The notes below the pieces were generated by a model, which was given only the letters and a program-made list of their open reading frames with translations, was not told the DNA's origin and searched no databases. A stretch of 64,000 bases of DNA from a virus, in IMG/VR virus record IMGVR_UViG_3300020048_000085. One strand, written 5' to 3'. Shown here piece by piece: positions 27,556 through 37,477 of this stretch. Position 1 is the first letter of the stretch. Every line of letters begins with the position of its first letter. The position numbers were made by a program, and so were the translations under genes.

Positions 27556-30095
27556 ATTATTCAAAAGATGTAGAATTTGCGATTAAAACAAGTAAGGATA
27601 TTGCTATTAAAATTGGCTCAAATACAATTAGACCTGAGCATATTTTTTTAGCTATGATTGAGGATGAATATTCTGACGCATGTCTTATTATGAAAGAGTT
27701 AAACTTAAATGTTGACGCAATCAAACAGACTATTTATCAGTGGTCTATGGTTGAACAATCAGGTAAAGGAATAAACAATCTTAGGAAAAATGCAGCAATT
27801 CCTCTTGATATGGAAACAGAGAAAATATTAAAAAGTTCTGTTGTTTTTGCCAAATCAATGGAATCAGATGACGTAGAGATTGATCATGTTTTTTATTCAA
27901 TTTTAGATAATGAAAACAATATAGTTAATTTATTATTAAATAAATCGCCTGGTATTTTAAATAGTTTAAAACGTAGATTGAAGAATGAAGATATTGATGA
28001 TTATACAAACAACTTAAATGAAGATAGTATGGAAGAAGGTATGGAAGAAGGAGAAGTAAAAACAGATTCAAAAAATAAATCAAAAACAAAATTACTTGAT
28101 CAATTTGGTACAAATTTAACAAACTTAGCAAAAGAAGGTAAGTTAGATCCAGTGGTTGGTCGTGTAAATGAGATTAAAAGAATCTCACAAATTTTATCCA
28201 GACGTAAGAAAAATAATCCTGTTTTGATTGGTGAGCCAGGTGTTGGTAAATCAGCTATTGCTGAAGGAATTGCTCAATTAATTGCAGATGGTAAAGTACC
28301 TGAAAATTTACAAAACAAGAGAATCATCACACTTGATATGGGTTCGTTAGTTGCGGGAACTAAATATAGAGGTGAGTTTGAGCAAAGAATGAAAGGTATT
28401 GTTAAAGAAATGGAAGAGAATAGTGATATTATTCTTTTCATTGATGAGATACATACTATTATTGGCGCTGGAGCATCACAAGGATCTCTAGATGCATCTA
28501 ATATGTTAAAACCAGCTTTGGGAAAAGGTACTTTTAGATGTATTGGTGCAACAACATTAGATGAATATCGTAAATATATTGAAAAGGACCCAGCATTAGA
28601 ACGTAGATTTCAAAAAGTTATAGTTGATTCTACTACAAAATCTGAAACATTAGAAATTCTTAAAAATATAAAAGCTCAATATGAGACTCATCATAAAGTT
28701 AAATATACTGATGACGCTTTAATCGCTTGTGTAGAATTATCAGATAAATACATATCAGACAAATTTTTACCTGATAAGGCAATTGATGCACTTGATGAAG
28801 CAGGTGCTATGGTTCATGTTAATAGAACAAGTGATATTCCAGATAAATTAGTAAATCTAAATAATAAAATCAAAGAATCTACTATTTTAAAATTAGATTG
28901 TGTAAAAAATCAAAAATTTGAATTGGCTGCTGAACACAGAGACAATGAGAAACAATGGAAATTAGAAGTTGATGAAATAAGAACAAATTGGAAGCAAGAA
29001 ATATCTAATACTATATCAACTGTAACTAAAGATGATGTGGCAGCAGTTATTTCACTTATGACAAAAATTCCAATTGATAGTGTATCTACAGATGAAAATG
29101 ATAAACTTATCGGTATGCCAGAAAAAGTTAAAAAACTTGTTATTGGTCAAGATGACGCAGTAGATAAAATTGTACAATCTGTTAAAAGATCAAGAATTGG
29201 ATTAAATAGCCATAATAAGCCAGTAGGTACATTTATTTTCTTAGGACCAACAGGAGTAGGTAAAACATACTTAGCAAAAATTATGGCAAAAGAATTATTT
29301 GGTTCCGAGGATTCATTAATTAGAATAGATATGAGTGAATTTATGGAGAAATTTTCTGTATCTCGTTTAGTTGGTGCACCTCCAGGATATGTTGGATATG
29401 AAGATGGTGGAAAATTAACAGAAGCAGTTAGACGCAAACCTTATTCAATTGTTCTTTTCGATGAAATGGAAAAAGCTCATTCAGATGTTCAAAATATTTT
29501 ACTTCAAGTATTAGATGATGGTTTTTTAACTGATAGTAATGGTCGCAAAGTTGATTTTAGAAATACTATTATTATTATGACATCAAATGCTGGTTCTAGA
29601 AAAGTAAAAGATTTTGGGAATGGTATTGGATTTGGTAGTATCTCTTCAAATAATCAAGAAAAGAGAAATGATGTTATAAAAAAAGAACTCGAAAAATTAT
29701 TTAGTCCAGAGTTTTTAAATAGAATTGATGAAATTGTAAATTTCAACTCTTTAAGTAAAGAAAATATCATTTCTATTATTGATGTAGAATGTAAATATTT
29801 GATTAATAATCTTAAAGAAAAAGGTTATGATGTCACAATATCAAACTCACTTAAAGATTACTTAGTTGAAAATGGATATGATGAAAATTATGGTGCAAGA
29901 CCACTCAAGAGAGCAATACAAAAACATATTGAAGATAGACTTATAGACGCTATCATAAGTAAAGAAATTGCTGTAGGTGATACAATATCATTATTATATG
30001 ATACTGAAAGTCAATCTGTTAAAATTTCAAAATTATCACCAAACTTTTTGGTTGATAATGTATTAAAATTAAATGAAAGTACTCCTGAAGTTTAA
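27552..30095 (+). CDS. clpC: ClpA/ClpC-type Hsp100 AAA+ unfoldase (Clp_N domain, two AAA modules, IGF ClpP-docking loop)
   Basis: Clp N-domain at the N-terminus. Walker A motifs GEPGVGKSAIAEG and LGPTGVGKTYLAK. A short UVR-like linker rather than a ClpB M-domain. SNAGSRKVKDFGNGIGFGS aligns with the ClpA IGL ClpP-binding loop, which is absent from ClpB. Confidence 0.85.
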   Translation: MNYSKDVEFAIKTSKDIAIKIGSNTIRPEHIFLAMIEDEYSDACLIMKELNLNVDAIKQTIYQWSMVEQSGKGINNLRKNAAIPLDMETEKILKSSVVFAKSMESDDVEIDHVFYSILDNENNIVNLLLNKSPGILNSLKRRLKNEDIDDYTNNLNEDSMEEGMEEGEVKTDSKNKSKTKLLDQFGTNLTNLAKEGKLDPVVGRVNEIKRISQILSRRKKNNPVLIGEPGVGKSAIAEGIAQLIADGKVPENLQNKRIITLDMGSLVAGTKYRGEFEQRMKGIVKEMEENSDIILFIDEIHTIIGAGASQGSLDASNMLKPALGKGTFRCIGATTLDEYRKYIEKDPALERRFQKVIVDSTTKSETLEILKNIKAQYETHHKVKYTDDALIACVELSDKYISDKFLPDKAIDALDEAGAMVHVNRTSDIPDKLVNLNNKIKESTILKLDCVKNQKFELAAEHRDNEKQWKLEVDEIRTNWKQEISNTISTVTKDDVAAVISLMTKIPIDSVSTDENDKLIGMPEKVKKLVIGQDDAVDKIVQSVKRSRIGLNSHNKPVGTFIFLGPTGVGKTYLAKIMAKELFGSEDSLIRIDMSEFMEKFSVSRLVGAPPGYVGYEDGGKLTEAVRRKPYSIVLFDEMEKAHSDVQNILLQVLDDGFLTDSNGRKVDFRNTIIIMTSNAGSRKVKDFGNGIGFGSISSNNQEKRNDVIKKELEKLFSPEFLNRIDEIVNFNSLSKENIISIIDVECKYLINNLKEKGYDVTISNSLKDYLVENGYDENYGARPLKRAIQKHIEDRLIDAIISKEIAVGDTISLLYDTESQSVKISKLSPNFLVDNVLKLNESTPEV

Positions 30096-30110
30096 TTATA
30101 AATTGAAAAT

Positions 30111-30148
30111 AAAAAAGCTCAAAATTAAAATTTTGAGCTTTTTTTTAT
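30111..30148. terminator. Bidirectional intrinsic terminator after clpC
   Basis: Stem gctcaaaatt / aattttgagc with a T-run of 9. It lies between convergent genes. Confidence 0.6.
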
Positions 30149-30684
30149 TGTTTATTTTCCAATAATTTAATCAATCCAAATATAGAATAATTAATCATAT
30201 CGAAATAATTAGCATCTATACCTTCTGATATTAATGCTCCTTTATTATCTTCCATTTGTTTTGTTCTATATATCTTCATTAAAATTAAATCAGTATATGA
30301 CTCCATACGCATTAGTCTCCACACTTCATTATAATCATGATTTTTGTTCATCATTAAATTTTTAGCCTGATTAATATATTTATCATATAATATTAAACAT
30401 TTATCATAAGGTAAATCATCAACATCTGAAAAATTAAGTTCTAATTGAATTAATCCTATTATACCATAATTAACAATACCAATTAATTCAGAATCAATTC
30501 CTTCATTTACTTTCTTCTCTATTTTTGTTTCTATACTTCTAATTCTATTTGCTTTAATAAATATTTGATCTGTTACAGATGTTGGTCTTAATATTCTCCA
30601 TGATGCACCGTAATCTTTCATCTTATTTGAAAAAATATTTTTACAAATAGATATTATTTCATCATACTCTTCATTTGTTTCCAT
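30145..30684 (-). CDS. Protein with two tandem repeats of about 85 aa (K..DYG.SWR motif), possibly DUF1599-like
   Basis: Internal duplication: KNIFSNKMKDYGASWRILRPTSVTDQIFIKANRIRSIE versus KNLMMNKNHDYNEVWRLMRMESYTDLILMKIYRTKQME. Confidence 0.35.
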   Translation of the reverse strand: METNEEYDEIISICKNIFSNKMKDYGASWRILRPTSVTDQIFIKANRIRSIETKIEKKVNEGIDSELIGIVNYGIIGLIQLELNFSDVDDLPYDKCLILYDKYINQAKNLMMNKNHDYNEVWRLMRMESYTDLILMKIYRTKQMEDNKGALISEGIDANYFDMINYSIFGLIKLLENKQ

Positions 30685-30685
30685 T

Positions 30686-31300
30686 TTAATTATTTTTTTT
30701 AATTATTTTATTAAGTTTATCTACTCTTTTTTCTTTTATTGATAATGTATTATTCTCATATAAAATATCATCAAATTCAAAATTTACTTTCAAATTACTA
30801 AAATCACAAGTTCCATTATTAAATTTAAAATTATTTTTAATTTTTGTGAAATGAAAATTTGTGTAGCAAAGTGTTAATATATCAGATATTTTTATTTTTA
30901 CTGAAAATTTAGTTTTATTATTTATTAATTGCATAATATATTCATATGGTTGAATTCTATTACCAATAAAATCACAAGAAAAAGAAAAATAATCATCTTC
31001 AATATTAGTCAATGAATCAACTAATAACTTAGTTTTTTCTGTATCCAATAAAAAATCTACATTATATGGTAATATTGATAATTTATTCGGAGTAGTCCAA
31101 ACATAACTATTATTAGTTGTGTTAGTATATCCATATAGTGGATTATTAAAAATTGTGTTATTATCTAAAATATTATGATATACTCCTGTGCTATCTAATG
31201 ATGTATCTATTGCCATATCTGATGATATTGTTAGTGATGATTTTCCTATTGCTGGTGACCATGATGATTCAGATGTTGTACTTTGGTTTGTTGTTGACAT
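30686..31300 (-). CDS. Hypothetical protein (204 aa)
   Basis: ORF with a 2-nt gap to the downstream gene. Confidence 0.45.
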   Translation of the reverse strand: MSTTNQSTTSESSWSPAIGKSSLTISSDMAIDTSLDSTGVYHNILDNNTIFNNPLYGYTNTTNNSYVWTTPNKLSILPYNVDFLLDTEKTKLLVDSLTNIEDDYFSFSCDFIGNRIQPYEYIMQLINNKTKFSVKIKISDILTLCYTNFHFTKIKNNFKFNNGTCDFSNLKVNFEFDDILYENNTLSIKEKRVDKLNKIIKKNN

Positions 31301-31381
31301 AAAAAGTTTTTTTATTATTTATTATTTTTATATTATAAAGTTTATTTTTTTATATATAGAAAAAAAGATAATTAAGGTAAT

Positions 31382-33262
31382 ATGTCAAATAGTTCAAAAA
31401 TTATGAAGATTAATGCAAATGTTTTAATGGAATGGACATTTGATAGTGAAAATAATATAAGTGAAAATTATAAAGTTATAACCAATCTTAACGAAAAAAA
31501 GAAAAGAAGCTTTCTTTCTAATTCTACAACAAATAATATTGATAATAACTTGTTTTTATTGGATTCAGTATTGAGAAAATATACTAATATTAATACATCT
31601 AAATATAATTTTTTACAATATCAGGATTATAATACAGCTCCTATTCCATATGATAAAGTAAAATTATATTTACCAACAAATTATAATTTTGTAACAAATG
31701 GTTATGTAGGTTTATATATCAAAATTTATACATATGATTATTATAATGAAAAAGTTTTTGAGTTATCAAATATATTCTTTGATTCAACATCGAGTGTATC
31801 AGGAATTGCTCAACTATCAACACCATTTATATATGATGAACAAGAATGGGGTAAATATTATGAATTTCAAATACCATCTATAGATTATGTTTCTAATCAG
31901 AGATCAATTTCTATAACTGGTAATACAGTATGGAATAATACAATAAATGATGATTTGACTCTTGGTGTAGGATTAAGTCAAACTTCACCTATATTTGTAG
32001 ATTTTCAATATTTAGTATCAAAAGAAATTGTTCTTGGTACAACATATTATTATTCATCTGAATCTTATCGTACATCATTTCCAAAAGCTGCAGAATATAG
32101 TACATTAGCTGTAAATATAAATGAATCTACAGAAGGTGATTTTTTTGAAATATTTGGAACTTATGATGGCTCCACAGAAAATTTAGATAACTTTATACGA
32201 GAGCAAGAAAATAAAGGTCGTAGAATACGTATTGAATATGATATTTATTTATACGAAGAAAATATTCAAACAAATATGCAAACTGTGGTTGTTGCAGGCG
32301 GTGGTCCAAATGATGATTTTACAAAGAAAATTTTATATAGACCAATTTTAACTTTTTCAAATACAACTGCTTTCATAAAAGTTATTATGAGAGTTATAGA
32401 TTTAGTTGATATTAGTACAATTGAAAGAACAGCAACATTAGGATTAAGTAGTAATATTCAAAAATATGGCAAAAAATTAATAAGTTTGAATATACAAAAT
32501 ATTAACAAATTAAAAATATATAATGCAAAACCAGATGAAATAGTATTAGGTAATGATTATTTATCAGGAAATATTACAACAGAAATAGTAAAAGTAAATT
32601 CTCCACAATTAATAGAAGTTGGTAAAATTATTGTTAATAGTTCAGCATCATCATCAACAAATAGTGAATATAAATCAATGGGTTTACTAAATATAGTTAT
32701 CACACCATTTGATAATATTATTCAATTTAGATTAGCGTCACTTACATCAACTAGTAAATCAACTAATCAACTAGAAATATATAATTTATCCAATATACTA
32801 AATAATGCTGAATTAGTATTAATATTTAAATCTGATACAGAAATAATAGAAAAAACTATTTATAAAGAATCTAATAATGATTATGTAAATGGTATTGTAA
32901 ATTTTAAAATAATAGAAAATGATATAAAAGTATTAAAATCAATATATTCTAAAGGATTTACTAATTTTTATTTGACATTAGTAGCAAATAATCAATCAGC
33001 AACCAGTACAATTCAAGTTATGGGAAAAGATAAGGTTAGAACATTGTTATATTCTGGTACATATACACTATTTGAAAATATCACATTTGTTGATAATAAT
33101 ATTAATTATGTGTCAGATTTAAGTGATTCTATTCCAATATCATCAACTACAAATAATATATCAACAGATAATACTACTATATCAGAACCAGAATGGCCTA
33201 AAGCAGGTAGAACAGTTATTATATACACTAAATATAAAGATACATCTTCTACATCAAATTAA
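31382..33262 (+). CDS. Hypothetical large protein (626 aa), possibly structural
   Basis: ORF with N/T/S/Y-rich composition. A TATATATAGAAAAAAA element lies about 25 nt upstream. Confidence 0.5.
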   Translation: MSNSSKIMKINANVLMEWTFDSENNISENYKVITNLNEKKKRSFLSNSTTNNIDNNLFLLDSVLRKYTNINTSKYNFLQYQDYNTAPIPYDKVKLYLPTNYNFVTNGYVGLYIKIYTYDYYNEKVFELSNIFFDSTSSVSGIAQLSTPFIYDEQEWGKYYEFQIPSIDYVSNQRSISITGNTVWNNTINDDLTLGVGLSQTSPIFVDFQYLVSKEIVLGTTYYYSSESYRTSFPKAAEYSTLAVNINESTEGDFFEIFGTYDGSTENLDNFIREQENKGRRIRIEYDIYLYEENIQTNMQTVVVAGGGPNDDFTKKILYRPILTFSNTTAFIKVIMRVIDLVDISTIERTATLGLSSNIQKYGKKLISLNIQNINKLKIYNAKPDEIVLGNDYLSGNITTEIVKVNSPQLIEVGKIIVNSSASSSTNSEYKSMGLLNIVITPFDNIIQFRLASLTSTSKSTNQLEIYNLSNILNNAELVLIFKSDTEIIEKTIYKESNNDYVNGIVNFKIIENDIKVLKSIYSKGFTNFYLTLVANNQSATSTIQVMGKDKVRTLLYSGTYTLFENITFVDNNINYVSDLSDSIPISSTTNNISTDNTTISEPEWPKAGRTVIIYTKYKDTSSTSN

Positions 33263-33274
33263 AATATTTAATAA

Positions 33275-34528
33275 ATGATAACAACAACTACTACAACATT
33301 AAATAACAAAAATGATTTACAACAAACATTAAATATATCATCTGGTACATCGTTGAGTTATAATTCATCAATTGAGAATATTATCAACACTCAAGGTGGT
33401 ACAGTCTTATATTCGTATGATAATATAATTATTGCATCTGAAATAACTGATGCATTTTATAATGAATTATATAAAAATCCATATATTGAATATATTGAAT
33501 CTGTACCATTAAAAAAATATGGAGATTTAACTAATATACCAAATAATACAACAATTTATACTATCACTGGTATTAATACTGGTACTGATGTTAATGCTGT
33601 TACAAATACAGTCACTACTAGTGGCTATACAAATAGTTTCATAGAAGGAGTTAATATGACAGGTTACACAAATGTTATAACAGATTATATTAACACATTA
33701 AATACTTATACAACAACACTACAAGATGGTGTATCAGGAAAAACAACTCAATTAAATATAAATAAAATTTCTCCTATTATCACAAATAATATTTTTAGTT
33801 TAACTGGAGATACTCTTAATTCATTTGAATATAATATTATATCAACTGGAACAAAACCTATTAAATATGAAATAATAACACCATCTAATTATACTGGAAA
33901 ATTAATTCTAGATTTAAATAAAATTATTGGAACACCAGATAAAGGAGGTATTTATACATTTATTATTAAAGCGATTAATTATTATGGTTCTGATTCAAAA
34001 GAATTGGTATTAAGCACAACTGAATATATTAAAATATTAAATACTAATTTAACAATACTTAATACTTTAGGATCACTTGTAACATATCAAATATTAGCAA
34101 ATGGTAATCCAACATCTTACTCAGCAACATCGTTACCTAGTGGACTAAGTATAAATACAATTACTGGTGTTATTAGTGGAGTTTGTACATCAACTGGAAC
34201 AACAACAGCAACTATATCTGCATCAGGAACAACTGGAATAGATACTAAAGAATTGGTAATAATAGCAGGAAACAAACCAATTATAACAAGTTTAGGTACA
34301 GTAACAGGTAAAACATTTATACCATTTAATTATGATATAACATCAACTGTTAGCAACCCTACATATATAATAATTGGTGATTTACCTAGTGGATTAAGTT
34401 TTAAAAGAAATAATATAAGTGGATATCCTACTACACCAGGAATATCAAACATTAAAATAAAAACAACTAATGATTTTGGTGAGAGTACTAAAGATTTAGT
34501 AATAACAATAACTAATTCATCTAAATAA
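33275..34528 (+). CDS. Protein with two putative-Ig (He_PIG / cadherin-like) repeats and an N-terminal domain that is duplicated in the next gene
   Basis: LPSGLSINTITGVISGVCTSTGTTTATISASG and LPSGLSFKRNNISGYPTTPGISNIKIKTTNDFGESTKDLVITI fit the L-P-x-G-L-S...G-x-P-T Ig-like repeat. The N-terminus TQGGTVLYSYDNIIIASEITDAFYNELYKNPYIEYIESVPLKKYG is paralogous to 34548..34805. Confidence 0.5.
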   Translation: MITTTTTTLNNKNDLQQTLNISSGTSLSYNSSIENIINTQGGTVLYSYDNIIIASEITDAFYNELYKNPYIEYIESVPLKKYGDLTNIPNNTTIYTITGINTGTDVNAVTNTVTTSGYTNSFIEGVNMTGYTNVITDYINTLNTYTTTLQDGVSGKTTQLNINKISPIITNNIFSLTGDTLNSFEYNIISTGTKPIKYEIITPSNYTGKLILDLNKIIGTPDKGGIYTFIIKAINYYGSDSKELVLSTTEYIKILNTNLTILNTLGSLVTYQILANGNPTSYSATSLPSGLSINTITGVISGVCTSTGTTTATISASGTTGIDTKELVIIAGNKPIITSLGTVTGKTFIPFNYDITSTVSNPTYIIIGDLPSGLSFKRNNISGYPTTPGISNIKIKTTNDFGESTKDLVITITNSSK

Positions 34529-34547
34529 TAAACAATAAATAGAATAT

Positions 34548-34805
34548 ATGGCATCATCAACACAAAGCTCATTATTTAAAGGATTATCATATAGCAACGA
34601 AATAAAAAATGAAATTATTTCAAGTGGTGGCACAATCGTTTTCATGAGAGATAATATAATAATGGCATCTGAAGTATCAGAAGCAGAATATAGACAACTA
34701 TTAAATAATCCATATATATCTAAAATAGATGTATTACCACTAAAAAGGTATGGAAATCAAGGTATTCAATATACAATATCTACTGAAACAACAACAATAA
34801 AATGA
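34548..34805 (+). CDS. Small protein paralogous to the N-terminal domain of 33275..34528
   Basis: SSGGTIVFMRDNIIMASEVSEAEYRQLLNNPYISKIDVLPLKRYG aligns with the N-terminus of the upstream gene. Confidence 0.45.
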   Translation: MASSTQSSLFKGLSYSNEIKNEIISSGGTIVFMRDNIIMASEVSEAEYRQLLNNPYISKIDVLPLKRYGNQGIQYTISTETTTIK

Positions 34806-34810
34806 AATAT

Positions 34811-36355
34811 TTAAAAATTATTTGAATATATCATTTTTAAATTACCAGAATCATATATTCTATAATATTTTAGTTCTAACATTATTTCATGTTCTGTTTT
34901 ATTAGAATCGTATCCATTTTTAATTAATATGTTTTTCTTGAAATTGAATCTATTATACCTAATATTATCAATTATATAATAATATTCAGGATTGGTAATA
35001 CTATTCAATTCAAATCCAATTTTTTCATATTTATCTATATTGTTTTTTGTTCTATCTATATGAACTATTATTTTATCATGATTATAATTATTAATAAAAT
35101 AATTAAAAAGTGCTGATATACTATCTATTATATTAGTATTAATTTTATTACAAAATCTTAACATCTCATAATTATTATTTTTATCTTTGTTTTTTATCAT
35201 ACCAAATATCATAATACTAACTAATTCATTTTTATAAAAAAGTCCAATTTTTACTTTAGAGCCAATATATCCTTGAATATGATTAGTATTAAGAAAATAT
35301 TTAACTAATTTATCATCAAAAATTTCTTTTATTTCACAATCAGTAATATCAATATTGTTTTCTAGTAAATATAATTTGTTTAATATCAAAGATTTAATCA
35401 AATCTTGTTTATATAACCACTCATCTTCAAAAATATGAATTAATTGTACTCCTTTTTTTTCACATAAATTAGTTTTATTTAAATGATAATTATTTTCTTT
35501 ATATAATTCAGAATGCCAATGTATTCCATTAAACTCAAATGCTAATTTTAAATCAGGTAAATATATATCAATTTCATATGGTTTAGTAATATTCTTAGAA
35601 TTTAATATTATTATACCATTATAATTATCACTAATAAAATTTTTAAGTTGAATTTCAAGTCCTGATATTTGTTTTGATACAGGATTACAAGTTGTACATA
35701 ATATAGTATTACATTTTTTCCTGGCATAAAAAAGAGTATCATTAATTAAATAATTATTATCACAAATATCACAATGAGCTAAATAATTATGATCTATAAC
35801 ATCAATTATATTATTGTCTATTATCATTTGTTCTCTAATTTTTAAATTATATTTTTTTCTAAATTCTTTATGTTGAAATGTGTTTTTTACTCCATATCTT
35901 TCTATATTTGTTTTTTCTATTTTGTTTTTGAATTCATCATATTGAATAGCAAATTCAACATTATATTTTTTTAACATACTAGATTTCATAAGTTCTATAT
36001 TTTGAAGAGGAGTAGCATAACCATATCTTTCTATGTTTGTATTCTTTTGTTTTTCTTTACATTTATCTAATTTAGATGGATATTCTATTCCATATCTTTC
36101 TAAATTTGTTCGTCTCATTTTTTTTAACACATCTTTATTTTGCGTTGTAGCAACGCAACCATATCTTTCTAAATTAGTAATTTTAGCTTTTTCTGCTGAA
36201 CATTTATGACAATAGCATTTTTCTATCATTCCTTTTGTTATTTTAAAATATGTTCTATATTCCATTTCTTTCTCTCTACCACATATATCACAACTAGTAT
36301 TTATAATATAATGACTACCTTTTGTTAATTCTGTTTGTAATTCTGTTAGTATCAT
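34811..36355 (-). CDS. Putative homing-type endonuclease: N-terminal Cys cluster, at least 5 tandem N[IL]ERYG repeats, and a C-terminal Vsr/PD-(D/E)xK-like nuclease fold
   Basis: Repeats TNLERYGC..., TNLERYGIEY..., TNIERYGYAT..., TNIERYGVKN... The C-terminal EIDIYLPDLKLAFEFNGIHWHSE resembles the Vsr FxDGxFWH core. Confidence 0.45.
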   Translation of the reverse strand: MILTELQTELTKGSHYIINTSCDICGREKEMEYRTYFKITKGMIEKCYCHKCSAEKAKITNLERYGCVATTQNKDVLKKMRRTNLERYGIEYPSKLDKCKEKQKNTNIERYGYATPLQNIELMKSSMLKKYNVEFAIQYDEFKNKIEKTNIERYGVKNTFQHKEFRKKYNLKIREQMIIDNNIIDVIDHNYLAHCDICDNNYLINDTLFYARKKCNTILCTTCNPVSKQISGLEIQLKNFISDNYNGIIILNSKNITKPYEIDIYLPDLKLAFEFNGIHWHSELYKENNYHLNKTNLCEKKGVQLIHIFEDEWLYKQDLIKSLILNKLYLLENNIDITDCEIKEIFDDKLVKYFLNTNHIQGYIGSKVKIGLFYKNELVSIMIFGMIKNKDKNNNYEMLRFCNKINTNIIDSISALFNYFINNYNHDKIIVHIDRTKNNIDKYEKIGFELNSITNPEYYYIIDNIRYNRFNFKKNILIKNGYDSNKTEHEIMLELKYYRIYDSGNLKMIYSNNF

Positions 36356-36465
36356 TTGTTTTTATTATTTTTTAAAACATACCTACTATCAAAGAGTATA
36401 TTTTTACTATATATAATTTTTTATATTCTATATTTTAATATATAGATAAAAAGTAATAAAATACA

Positions 36466-37113
36466 ATGAGAATAAGTTCACAAAATAATCAATTTTTATT
36501 TAATTTTCCTAGTGACTTTATATCAAAGGAAGTTGATGATAGAATTAAAAAATATATGTATAATAATTGGATTCCATATATGGATTCTATGTCATATTTG
36601 AACAGTAGTATTAAGGAAATTGTGTTTCCAAGTATAACATATGAAGGATCTGAGCAAACACATAAATATGGTAAAAAGATTGAATATAAACCAGCAGGAA
36701 ATATTCACGATACATATAATAATACATTAGATATTACTTTTAGAAGTGTGGATTCACATTCTAATTATTTTATGATGCAACAAATTTTTAATGAATATTA
36801 TAATAATACTAAAAAATATTATATCCCTGATATTAGTTTACATATATTAGACAAAGATGGTGATTTTTTATATTCTGTTGTATTTAGATCATCATTACTT
36901 AAATCATTATCAGAAACAAGATTTATGTATCAATCAATAGATGTATCAGAGCAAACATTTACTGTAACATTCAAATTCAATTTTATAGATATATTTTGGA
37001 ATTTAAGTGATGATCCTTATTATAAGCAAGATAATATATTCTATTCTCAGACTTGGGATCACACTAACGAAGTACTTCCTATGAAAAGACCACAAAATAA
37101 TTATAATTTATAA
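36466..37113 (+). CDS. Hypothetical protein (215 aa)
   Basis: ORF with a TATATAGATAAAAAG element about 22 nt upstream. Confidence 0.45.
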   Translation: MRISSQNNQFLFNFPSDFISKEVDDRIKKYMYNNWIPYMDSMSYLNSSIKEIVFPSITYEGSEQTHKYGKKIEYKPAGNIHDTYNNTLDITFRSVDSHSNYFMMQQIFNEYYNNTKKYYIPDISLHILDKDGDFLYSVVFRSSLLKSLSETRFMYQSIDVSEQTFTVTFKFNFIDIFWNLSDDPYYKQDNIFYSQTWDHTNEVLPMKRPQNNYNL

Positions 37114-37154
37114 ACTTTTTATTTATTATTCTATATATTATTTCTAATTTTAGA

Positions 37155-37397
37155 GTGATGATTATAGATAAAAAATATGGTGACTGGAATTTATTAAATC
37201 CCACTGAAAACGATGATTTTGCATATTACTTATATTTGATAGAAACTAAAAACAAATATAATAATAATATACTTTTTTTATCTCAACAAGAGTTTACATT
37301 TATGTTTTATGATTATGATTATACACATAATTCTTATTATATAAAAGCCACAAAAGAAATAAGAAAAATAAAATTGAAAAAATTGAATTTAAAATAA
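37155..37397 (+). CDS. Small protein (MMIIDKKYGDWNLLNPTENDDFAYYLYL...) paralogous to 53758..54078, with an RKIKLKKLN tail
   Basis: Shared N-terminal IIDKxYGxWxLxNP...DxAYYL and a C-terminal K-x-K-L-x-K-L-N tail. Confidence 0.45.
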   Translation: MMIIDKKYGDWNLLNPTENDDFAYYLYLIETKNKYNNNILFLSQQEFTFMFYDYDYTHNSYYIKATKEIRKIKLKKLNLK

Positions 37398-37477
37398 AAC
37401 TTTTTTATTTTTATGTCATATAATCTCTAAATACAAAAAAAAATAAATAAATTATTAACTTTTTAAAAAAAACAAAC

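Noticed and set aside
28020-28050. Short in-frame coding repeats (MEEGMEEGE in clpC; DDIDDIDD at 25440-25465; the poly-Lys run at 24790-24815) as separate features
   Set aside because: They are trivial low-complexity slippage within ORFs and not independent elements. Only the boundary microsatellites were reported.
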